DNA of 64,000 nucleotides from a virus (Duplodnaviria; Caudoviricetes): IMG/VR virus record IMGVR_UViG_3300020037_001957, positions 1 to 64,000 of that record; one strand, 5' to 3'. Shown piece by piece: positions 57,236 to 64,000 of this stretch (position 1 is its first letter; each line of letters starts with the position of its first letter). The notes under the pieces were generated by a model. It saw only the letters and a program-made list of their open reading frames with translations, ran no database searches and was not told where the DNA came from. The position numbers and the translations under genes were made by a program.

Positions 57236-57329
57236 CGATTGTGAACCACACACTTTTTATGAATGGGAAAAGGATGAGAATAAATGTAGTCAATGTGGTA
57301 AACCGATATACGAGCAAACTGACTTATAA
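57141..57329 (+). CDS. Cassette 2 protein, small Zn-ribbon-like (CxC...CxxC)
   Basis: Codon 27 (GTT) lies at crossover 57219; CDC and CSQC; the TAA stop lies inside the TAAC of hairpin C. Confidence 0.6.
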   Translation: MAGINFTDEREYAPKLKFKNNGVLAAVISSVCDCEPHTFYEWEKDENKCSQCGKPIYEQTDL

Positions 57330-57412
57330 CTACTCGATATGCGTAATTTTTTGTAATTTAATTTATTGATAATCAATATTTAATTTTACAAGGCATAATT
57401 TAGTCGTTAGTA
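57315..57412 (+). repeat. attC-like hairpin C (more degenerate)
   Basis: TAAC..ACT..TATGC..TGTAA pairs with TTACA..GCATA..AGT..GTTA (GTTAG at 57406-57410). Confidence 0.55.
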
Positions 57413-57470
57413 AGAAGTTAAACAAAAGCAAGCCAATAGACTGTAAATCAATAATATAATTTACAAAGAC

Positions 57471-57704
57471 ATGAGAGCAGAAATTAAGTCAAAATGGTGG
57501 TCAGAAAAACTACAAATTGGCATAACAGAAGATAAGGATGTTTATATAATTATAAAAGGAAATCCTGTTAAACTAAAGAAAGAATTTCACATGAACAGAC
57601 CTCATTATAGAATACCAGGAACGTCTAAAAGATTTTCAGATTTAACCATAAATAAAAACTCTAAATTAGAGGAAAAAATTATTGTAGATTTTCTACCTTT
57701 TTAA
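57471..57704 (+). CDS. Hypothetical protein
   Basis: 77 aa basic ORF. Confidence 0.55.
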   Translation: MRAEIKSKWWSEKLQIGITEDKDVYIIIKGNPVKLKKEFHMNRPHYRIPGTSKRFSDLTINKNSKLEEKIIVDFLPF

Positions 57705-57718
57705 TAGTAACACAGCCA

Positions 57719-58069
57719 ATGAAAACAATTAAAGAAAACGAATACTTCCAAGTGGGGGAGACAATCTTTCAATACGTAATTGTTGAAGGAAAGCATAAGC
57801 TAATCCCTACAAAGAAAGTAGTGAAGAAAGTCTTTACACCCCCAACACTCGACCAAGTGAAAGGATATTTTGCCGATGAAGGTTACACTGAAGAAACCGC
57901 AATCAGAGCATTTAACCACTACGACAAAGGTAATTGGCACGATGCCAACGGCAAACCTGTTAAGAATTGGAAACAAAAACTCTATACCAACTGGATGAAA
58001 CCCGAAAATAAAATATGCCAACCACAAGCACCACAACCACTAAAAAGAGAAGGAGAGTTTTTATTCTAA
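57719..58069 (+). CDS. Replication initiator / helicase-loader-associated protein
   Basis: FTPPTLDQVKGYF..FNHYDKGNW..GKPVKNWKQKL motif of phage replisome-organiser C-termini; adjacent to DnaB. Confidence 0.7.
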   Translation: MKTIKENEYFQVGETIFQYVIVEGKHKLIPTKKVVKKVFTPPTLDQVKGYFADEGYTEETAIRAFNHYDKGNWHDANGKPVKNWKQKLYTNWMKPENKICQPQAPQPLKREGEFLF

Positions 58070-58070
58070 T

Positions 58071-59468
58071 ATGAACACCAATCTAATTGACATCGAATAC
58101 AAATTACTAGGAGCTTACATGACAGCCCCCGAACTGTTTAATGACGTAGAACACCTTGTCAAAGCAAATATATTTACCACGCCTATCACAAAGTCTGTAT
58201 ATGACATTGTTAAAGAATACCACGACAAAAACATACAGTCGGACAGCGTTTTGCTGTGGAACGCTCTGATAAAAAAAGGATTCTCCCAAGTAGATTGCTC
58301 TCAAGTTGCCCTGTTAGAATATCCATCTCACCTACCATCAATCATGGTTAAGGAATATGTTATTGACCTGTTTAATCAATCCATCGGCAGATATTTATAC
58401 CCCATAATGCAAGCTCAGTTAAAGTCTAACGACCCAATGAGCGCCATGCTTACACTTAAAGACGCTATTCTCAATATTGATATGGTAGTCAATAATGTAA
58501 GCAGAGAGAAAGGGATATACAAGCAGTTTGATGAAACGATACAAAGGATAATAGACCTTAAAACAAAGGTTATAGAGAGGGCGGGATTCAGTTGGGGCAT
58601 TCCATCACTTGACTATAAAACTCTTGGCATAGTGCAAGGTATTAACGTAGTGGCGGCTGATAAAGGAGGAGGAAAGTCTAGCCTTGTAATTAATATTATC
58701 GTGGAGAACGTATTTAAGAGTGGTATTCCGCTTCTATTCTTCTCAATGGAGATGACCGCAATAGAAGTGCTAACAAACATAATTGCCAACATACAACGCA
58801 TCAACTCAAAAGCCCTCAGAACAGGGCAAGTTGACGACAATGAGATTAAGACAATAAAAGAAATAAAGAATAAGCTAAACGAGTCCTTCGTAATTGATGA
58901 AACAGGCGGTATAACTTGGGAATACTTCGAGAGCAAGGTTAAAGCTCACAGAAAGAAACATAAGATTCCCGCAAATGTTACCATGCTCGTTGTATTAGAT
59001 TACTTAGGGCTGATGAAAAACAGCGCAGGAGAGTCGAGAATGAGTAAGGAAGAGAAAATTGAGCAGATATGTACAGAGCTTATGAGAATATGTAAGAATG
59101 AAAACATAGCGCTCGTTAAATTAGCTCAGTTTAGCAGGGAAGCAAGCAGAAGAGGAAACGATACATTTAATGTAAAAACAGATGAAGATAGATTAAAAGC
59201 CCTGCGCCCGAAGATGAGCGACCTAAAAGGTTCGTCTGCCATTGAGAGTAATGCCGTTACAATTCTAATGCTCTATCGTCCCGAATATTATGGAATACTG
59301 CAATCTAATGGAACTGACTTTAGAGAACTTTGCGAGATAAATATAGCGAAGGGAAGGTATGTAAACCCCGGACCCGTTTACGCTAAGTTCCAAGGTAAAT
59401 ACAATTTATTTGAGGATTACATATTACCCGACAGTGACATTAAGACCGATACAGAACCAAGTTTTTAA
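58071..59468 (+). CDS. dnaB: Replicative DnaB-like helicase
   Basis: AADKGGGKS Walker A, FFSMEM, VVLDYLGLM, LAQFSRE, PKMSDLKGSSAIE, EINIAKGR. Confidence 0.93.
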   Translation: MNTNLIDIEYKLLGAYMTAPELFNDVEHLVKANIFTTPITKSVYDIVKEYHDKNIQSDSVLLWNALIKKGFSQVDCSQVALLEYPSHLPSIMVKEYVIDLFNQSIGRYLYPIMQAQLKSNDPMSAMLTLKDAILNIDMVVNNVSREKGIYKQFDETIQRIIDLKTKVIERAGFSWGIPSLDYKTLGIVQGINVVAADKGGGKSSLVINIIVENVFKSGIPLLFFSMEMTAIEVLTNIIANIQRINSKALRTGQVDDNEIKTIKEIKNKLNESFVIDETGGITWEYFESKVKAHRKKHKIPANVTMLVVLDYLGLMKNSAGESRMSKEEKIEQICTELMRICKNENIALVKLAQFSREASRRGNDTFNVKTDEDRLKALRPKMSDLKGSSAIESNAVTILMLYRPEYYGILQSNGTDFRELCEINIAKGRYVNPGPVYAKFQGKYNLFEDYILPDSDIKTDTEPSF

Positions 59469-59484
59469 AATACTTTAATTATTT

Positions 59485-59513
59485 TGCAACCTTTTATCTT
59501 TGAGTTACGTTAA
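59485..59513 (+). promoter_or_regulatory. ECF-sigma-like promoter upstream of the RNA elements
   Basis: TGCAACC-N16-CGTTAA. Confidence 0.55.
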
Positions 59514-59519
59514 AATACT

Positions 59520-59636
59520 AAAATGAGGGAAGAGATACCGTTTAATTGCAATCAATAATGAGATTTGTGGTTATTACAAGGGCGGTTTGGCTTAAACGCT
59601 GTTCAATTCAGTGAATCCCTCATTTTACACGTTCTT
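59520..59636 (+). ncRNA. Candidate structured RNA with a T-arm-like hairpin
   Basis: Closing stem AAAATGAGGGA/TCCCTCATTTT; internal stems; CGCTG-TTCAATT-CAGTG. Confidence 0.4.
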
Positions 59637-59645
59637 TATAAATAT

Positions 59646-59741
59646 GTTTTGGTGGCGAAATTGGCGAAACGCTAACCCGTAGCGGGTAGAGGCAAAAGAA
59701 AATAAGTCCTTCTTACAGGTTCGAATCCTGTCCAAAACACA
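59646..59741 (+). tRNA. Non-canonical type II tRNA-like gene (Leu-like, TAG at the apex)
   Basis: Acceptor GTTTTGG/CCAAAAC; D arm GCG-AAATTGGCGAAA-CGC; T arm ACAGG-TTCGAAT-CCTGT; aberrant anticodon arm ACCCG-TAG-CGGGT; very long variable arm. Confidence 0.65.
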
Positions 59742-59762
59742 AATTATTTAAACCAATATAAA

Positions 59763-59948
59763 ATGAAAAAATCAACTCATCAATTAGAACAGGAGCTAAT
59801 TCAGGCGGATAAGAAATACGCTTTACTAGAAGCTGAACACAACGGGTTAAAACATTCGTTCAGTCTCATCAAAGCGAATTTTGAAAGAGAAAAATGCAGG
59901 TTAGATTCAGTGTTACAATCATTAGCAAACATTACAAAAAATAAATAA
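59763..59948 (+). CDS. Small coiled-coil protein
   Basis: 61 aa heptad pattern. Confidence 0.55.
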   Translation: MKKSTHQLEQELIQADKKYALLEAEHNGLKHSFSLIKANFEREKCRLDSVLQSLANITKNK

Positions 59949-59949
59949 A

Positions 59950-60159
59950 ATGAAAACAAAGTTAGTTGAAAATTCATCTCAGGTTTCAGAAATCGGATAT
60001 GATGAAAAAGAAAAAATCTTTTTAGTAGTCTACAAAACAGGGGCTAAATACCACTACTATAACATCGAACCCGAAATTTGGGAAGGAGCGCAATCAGCAG
60101 AGTCAGTTGGCTCTTACATCCACCAACACGTTAAAACTCACTCTTACAAACGCGTATAA
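59950..60159 (+). CDS. KTSC domain protein
   Basis: SSQVSEIGYDEKEKI..YHYYNI..SVGSYIHQHVK. Confidence 0.88.
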   Translation: MKTKLVENSSQVSEIGYDEKEKIFLVVYKTGAKYHYYNIEPEIWEGAQSAESVGSYIHQHVKTHSYKRV

Positions 60160-60161
60160 TT

Positions 60162-61175
60162 ATGGCTAAGAAAGCAACAACCACAGAAGTAGCAGTGATT
60201 AACATTAAAGGACTTGAAGTTCTTGAATCACTCAAAGCAGAAATAGATACACAAGCTAATAACTGCCTACAAATTAAAGTAATGGACGACTCTACATTGG
60301 CTGTTTGTCAACAGAATCTATCCAAAATCAATCAACTCGTTAAAACCATTGATGCTAAACGTAAGGAACTCAAAGACCCTTACTTCCAAGCAGGTAAACA
60401 GATTGATGCAACCGCCAATATGCTTGTAGAAGCAGCAGAGAAAGCCATAGAACACCTTAAATTAGAAGTGAAAAATTGGGAGCTGAAGAAACAAGAAGAA
60501 GCCAAAGCAGCTCAAGCAGCCCTCGAAGCACAAGCTAAAGAAGCCCAAGAAAAAGCCGATGCTGAAGCTAATCGTATTGCAGCTATTCGCTCAAATATTG
60601 AGAAAGCCCGCACAGTGTTACAATCTATGTACAACCATTGCACAGATGTAGCTAAATGTGATGCAGCTATCACAAACATCGAGAGTGGCTACAAAAAGAG
60701 AGAAGAATTTGCCGAATTTGCCGATGAAGCTTATAATCTAAAAGATAATTACATCGGACTAATCAAAGCTAAAAAGACTCAACTAGAGGGTGCTGCAAGT
60801 ATGTCTGAGGAAGAAAAAGCTATCATTCAAGCCAAGGAAGAGATTACCCGTCAGAAAGTGGAATTGGATGCTAAAGAATCTCAATTAAAAGCTCAGATGG
60901 ATGCTTTAGAAGCCGAGAAAGCTCGTAAGGCAGAGGAAGAAAGATTGAAACTAGAGCAAGAGAAAATTCAAGCGGCGGCTGAGGCTGACAAAACAAGAGG
61001 TGTTAGACACATTTGGAAAACAGAATTAGTGGACAAGTCTAAACTTATCTCTGATTGGATTGCAGTGGATGAGAAAGCAGTTAAGGAATATCTATCTGCC
61101 AATAAGGAAACGATTAAGGATGGTGAAGTAATCAATGGTATCAAATTCTACAAAGAAATATCAATATCAGCTTAA
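60162..61175 (+). CDS. Coiled-coil recombination-module protein (Gp157/DUF1351-like)
   Basis: RKELKDPYFQAGKQID and C-terminal WKTELVDKS..VINGIKFYKE. Confidence 0.55.
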   Translation: MAKKATTTEVAVINIKGLEVLESLKAEIDTQANNCLQIKVMDDSTLAVCQQNLSKINQLVKTIDAKRKELKDPYFQAGKQIDATANMLVEAAEKAIEHLKLEVKNWELKKQEEAKAAQAALEAQAKEAQEKADAEANRIAAIRSNIEKARTVLQSMYNHCTDVAKCDAAITNIESGYKKREEFAEFADEAYNLKDNYIGLIKAKKTQLEGAASMSEEEKAIIQAKEEITRQKVELDAKESQLKAQMDALEAEKARKAEEERLKLEQEKIQAAAEADKTRGVRHIWKTELVDKSKLISDWIAVDEKAVKEYLSANKETIKDGEVINGIKFYKEISISA

Positions 61176-61450
61176 TGCCAAGACTTAACATACCCCATGA
61201 GTTATTAATTCTATACCCCACCTTAACTAAGGATGAGATTAGAACTATCATTCAGACAGTATGGAAGTCTAAAAATAACCGCACTCGCCAATCCCACATC
61301 TTTAAACTAAAGATTCCCCACATCGGAGTTATCCGCAGTAGAGGCAATAAAAAGCCAAAACACCGCAAGAAAACAATGACCAAGGATAGAAAAAGAAAAA
61401 GAGAAGCACAAAGACAAAAGAATTTAACAATAGAAAGTTTACTTTTTTGA
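61175..61450 (+). CDS. Basic protein, possibly a divergent HU/IHF-like protein
   Basis: LTKDEIRTIIQTVW..LKIPHIGVI followed by a basic tail. Confidence 0.4.
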   Translation: MPRLNIPHELLILYPTLTKDEIRTIIQTVWKSKNNRTRQSHIFKLKIPHIGVIRSRGNKKPKHRKKTMTKDRKRKREAQRQKNLTIESLLF

Positions 61451-61479
61451 TACAGTTGTATAAAAAAGTAGTACATTTG
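61446..61479 (+). promoter_or_regulatory. Bacteroidota sigma70-type promoter of the SSB gene
   Basis: TTTG-N22-TACATTTG. Confidence 0.55.
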
Positions 61480-61532
61480 CTAAGTAACACAATCAAATAA
61501 ATATATAAACCGTCAAAAACCAGTCAGAAAAC

Positions 61533-62381
61533 ATGAGTCTATCAGGAACATCCTTCGAGAAGAAGCAAAAACCCCTACCGCCACAAGGTCCACAAGTGGC
61601 ACTGTGCTATTCAATTATTGATTTAGGCACTCACATGAAATCGTTTCAAGGGCAAGAACCTAAAGCTACACCACTATTACACATCAGTTGGGAGTTTCCA
61701 AACTTACCAAAAGTAGTGTTTAATGAAGGAGAACAACCTAAGCCTTACGGAATCTTCCAAGAGTATTCAACCTCAATGGGTGATAAGGCAAAATTACCAA
61801 AATTACTTTCCGCGTGGCGCGGTGTGCCATGCAAGGACTTAGCTACTGAGCTACCTCAGTTCTTAGGACAACCATGCCTTATTAACGTGGAATACAAGCA
61901 AGATAAGCAACGTCCCGACATTACCTACGCCAACGTAGCAATGAACGGATTAGGCGTAATGAGATTGCCCGCAGGAACACCTGTTAATCCAATCAGTAAT
62001 CCTAAAGTATTCTTTAACCTTGACCACTACTCACACGCTCAATTTGCAGTGTTGCCTAAGTGGATTCAAAAGAAGATTATGAGCAGCTTAGAATGGTCGG
62101 GTATTGTGGCTAAATTTGGTCCACCACCTGCCGATACTGAAACTCAGTTTAAATCACCTGAGCCGCTTCCTACTAATACAGGATTTGCTAATCAATCAGC
62201 TTACCAACAACAAGCGATGAATACATTTGGAGCGCCAACAGCCACGGCAGCCCCTACATTTACACCGCCCGTTAATCAATTTCCCACCAATGTATCAATT
62301 CCTGCACAACAACAGGCATCATTCGGAGGAGAACCAATTAAAGGGAATCCATTTGAGACAAACGATGCACCGCCGTTCTAA
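61533..62381 (+). CDS. Phage ssDNA-binding protein
   Basis: PPQGPQVALCYSIIDLGTH..LGQPCLINV; low-complexity linker; acidic-aromatic end NDAPPF. Confidence 0.7.
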   Translation: MSLSGTSFEKKQKPLPPQGPQVALCYSIIDLGTHMKSFQGQEPKATPLLHISWEFPNLPKVVFNEGEQPKPYGIFQEYSTSMGDKAKLPKLLSAWRGVPCKDLATELPQFLGQPCLINVEYKQDKQRPDITYANVAMNGLGVMRLPAGTPVNPISNPKVFFNLDHYSHAQFAVLPKWIQKKIMSSLEWSGIVAKFGPPPADTETQFKSPEPLPTNTGFANQSAYQQQAMNTFGAPTATAAPTFTPPVNQFPTNVSIPAQQQASFGGEPIKGNPFETNDAPPF

Positions 62382-62834
62382 ATGAGAATAGAGGTAAAAC
62401 ATTCAGGAGAAGTCAGGGGAGGCGTGAAGTATTACGACAACCCTGACCTTTACCGCCAACAGCTACAAGAGTTGGAAGGGAAACGTTTTGTCGAAATCAT
62501 TAAAGAACAGCACAAGAAGCCAACAGTGAACCAAAATGGATTTTATCGTGGCGGCATCCTACCAACGTGCCATTCATCTGAGATATTTTCACATTTTGAT
62601 ACAAAGGACGATATTCACACAAATTACTTCGCCCCTAAGTTTTTAAGTTATGTAGTGCAAGTACAGATTAAAAATGAGCGATATGAGATTAAGAAAGTCA
62701 GAAGCCTCACAGAACTATCAGAAAAGGAATTTGCGCTGTTTGTGGAGCGAGTGCTAGTCGAATGTGCTGAATTAGGAATAGAAGTGCTTGACCCTTCACA
62801 ATATTACAATAAATACTATAACATACAATTATGA
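62382..62834 (+). CDS. NinB/Orf-like recombination protein
   Basis: KPTVNQNGFYRGGI..SLTELSEKEFALFVERV. Confidence 0.65.
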   Translation: MRIEVKHSGEVRGGVKYYDNPDLYRQQLQELEGKRFVEIIKEQHKKPTVNQNGFYRGGILPTCHSSEIFSHFDTKDDIHTNYFAPKFLSYVVQVQIKNERYEIKKVRSLTELSEKEFALFVERVLVECAELGIEVLDPSQYYNKYYNIQL

Positions 62835-63109
62835 ACCCTAACGAAGAACCAAAAGTACCTGTAAGAGTGTACACAAGAAAAGTGCAAGGAATGGTGGATG
62901 GAGTGGATAAAGACCTAGAAATCATCCTTAATGTTTATGACGAGCCCGTTGTAAAGACACCCTCTATGTTTCTATTTAACAAGATAGTGATAATGGATGG
63001 TAAAGAAGAATGGGGGCATGGACTAACCGCCGAACCTATTTCAGAAGAAATGGCTGAAAATGCTCTTAATCAAATTGCAATCAATATCAATAAATACAAA
63101 AACAAATAA
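62831..63109 (+). CDS. Hypothetical protein
   Basis: 92 aa coupled ORF. Confidence 0.55.
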   Translation: MNPNEEPKVPVRVYTRKVQGMVDGVDKDLEIILNVYDEPVVKTPSMFLFNKIVIMDGKEEWGHGLTAEPISEEMAENALNQIAININKYKNK

Positions 63110-63111
63110 CC

Positions 63112-63327
63112 ATGAAAGTAAATAACACATCGCCGCTTGTTATTGGAGAAGCTCCAAATCAACAACAATTAACACGTAGATTTTTAGGAAACTTATTTCC
63201 TGATAATTGTTATGAGAAAAACGAATTGAATGCTTACATTAAAGGTCACTCACGATTCGCTTACAAAAAAGACGAACAAGGACATCAAATTTTCTATCCT
63301 GTAAGACAAGAATACTTCTACGCATGA
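63112..63327 (+). CDS. Hypothetical protein
   Basis: 71 aa ORF. Confidence 0.55.
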   Translation: MKVNNTSPLVIGEAPNQQQLTRRFLGNLFPDNCYEKNELNAYIKGHSRFAYKKDEQGHQIFYPVRQEYFYA

Positions 63328-63650
63328 ACCTATCCGACAATGATTATCTAAGGGAGGCGATTCTGAAAAGACTCACAGAACTTGATTGGAAGGATGCTCA
63401 ATTACTCAGAGATGCTGAGGAGAGAAAGCACCCTATCAATAGAAGTAGATTCAGCCGTTGGAAAAATAAGCGTAAAGGCTCTCTAAACGACGATGATTTG
63501 ATTTGGATAATGGAGAGGCTTGGTATTAAATACAACGTCAATTTCGGCTCTCCTGTAATTAAGGGAGGTAAATTATCTTATGAGATTGATAAATTTGATG
63601 AGCTTCAAGCGATAAAACGCATTAACATATTATTTGGAAAGAATGGCTAA
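63324..63650 (+). CDS. XRE/Cro-like HTH protein
   Basis: ILKRLTELDWKDAQLL..INRSRFSRWKN. Confidence 0.55.
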   Translation: MNLSDNDYLREAILKRLTELDWKDAQLLRDAEERKHPINRSRFSRWKNKRKGSLNDDDLIWIMERLGIKYNVNFGSPVIKGGKLSYEIDKFDELQAIKRINILFGKNG

Positions 63651-64000
63651 GAAAGCAGCGTTTACAGAACAGAATCTTTTGGACAAAGGATATTCTTTAC
63701 AGCCCGATGGTACTTACAGAGTATCTAGAACATCCCTTGCTTCAGCTAAAATTGATAAGATTGAAAATCTCATAGCCAAAGAGATAATCAAAAAGTCACC
63801 CGACTTCACAGCAACGCCTACGACAAGTTGGTTTATTAAAGGATATAATGTTCCTTCAAAGAAGAACAGCCGCCAAAACTTTGTCCGTAATAGTAAGCAA
63901 GTGAGTATTCCTAGTAAACTACACGCAGCTTATGTTAAAGCCACAGCGATGCAATACGATGTATTTGGAAGGGAATTTCGGGCAGCTGTTGAACACTATA
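63643..64000 (+). CDS. RusA-like Holliday junction resolvase, truncated by the window edge
   Basis: Hand translation MAKKAAF...IKGYNVPSKKNSRQ...; the VPSKKN motif is typical of RusA-like N-termini. Confidence 0.6.
   Translation, partial: MAKKAAFTEQNLLDKGYSLQPDGTYRVSRTSLASAKIDKIENLIAKEIIKKSPDFTATPTTSWFIKGYNVPSKKNSRQNFVRNSKQVSIPSKLHAAYVKATAMQYDVFGREFRAAVEHY

Noticed and set aside
59646-59741. Amber suppressor tRNA
   Set aside because: The apex reads TAG, which would decode CUA (Leu). A suppressor needs a CTA anticodon.
727-62925. Opposite-strand ORFs in the track overlapping long genes (for example 2060-2272, 5614-6075, 28955-29236, 36377-36697, 58613-58936)
   Set aside because: These are shadow ORFs antisense to well-supported genes, with no leaders or recognisable motifs.
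1-64000. Stop-codon reassignment as in some crAss-like phages
   Set aside because: The long genes are uninterrupted in the standard code. TAG (35019, 39617, 52271) and TGA (27895, 29736) act as real stops followed by coupled starts.
1-64000. Integrase, invertase, reverse transcriptase/DGR, DNA polymerase, sigma factor
   Set aside because: No ORF shows the R-H-R-Y, serine-recombinase, YxDD, polymerase or sigma motifs. These genes may lie outside the window.

Overview
This window is about 64 kb of an AT-rich tailed dsDNA phage with a crAss-like (Crassvirales-related) podovirus virion module. The host is very likely Bacteroidota: there are TTTG-N20-TAnnTTTG promoters, A-rich leaders without Shine-Dalgarno sites, and a protein with a T9SS-like C-terminal tail. 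Positions 1-43254 read on the minus strand. They hold tail and putative ejection genes, a free-standing GIY-YIG nuclease, an accessory cassette, muzzle and ring proteins, a lysis block, capsid genes, portal, terminase, an exonuclease, a DUF3127-like SSB and an SF2 helicase. A G/T-skewed non-coding segment (43255-44122) separates this arm from plus-strand early genes (44-50 kb). A minus-strand block with several HTH genes follows (50-54.5 kb), then a plus-strand replication block (DnaB, SSB, NinB-like, KTSC, RusA-like). The strongest unexplained structure: (1) three tandem attC-like hairpins (56770-57412) delimiting two integron-like cassettes, whose ORFs start inside the upstream hairpin and read in frame through the G^TT crossover; (2) a 14-bp operator-like quasi-palindrome found in pairs exactly 37 bp apart at six promoter regions; (3) a candidate sRNA with its own promoter and terminator that is complementary to early-gene leaders; (4) ECF-type promoters, one driving two non-canonical tRNA-like RNAs and one driving the T9SS-tailed secreted protein. 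All calls come from motif recognition by eye; no searches were run.
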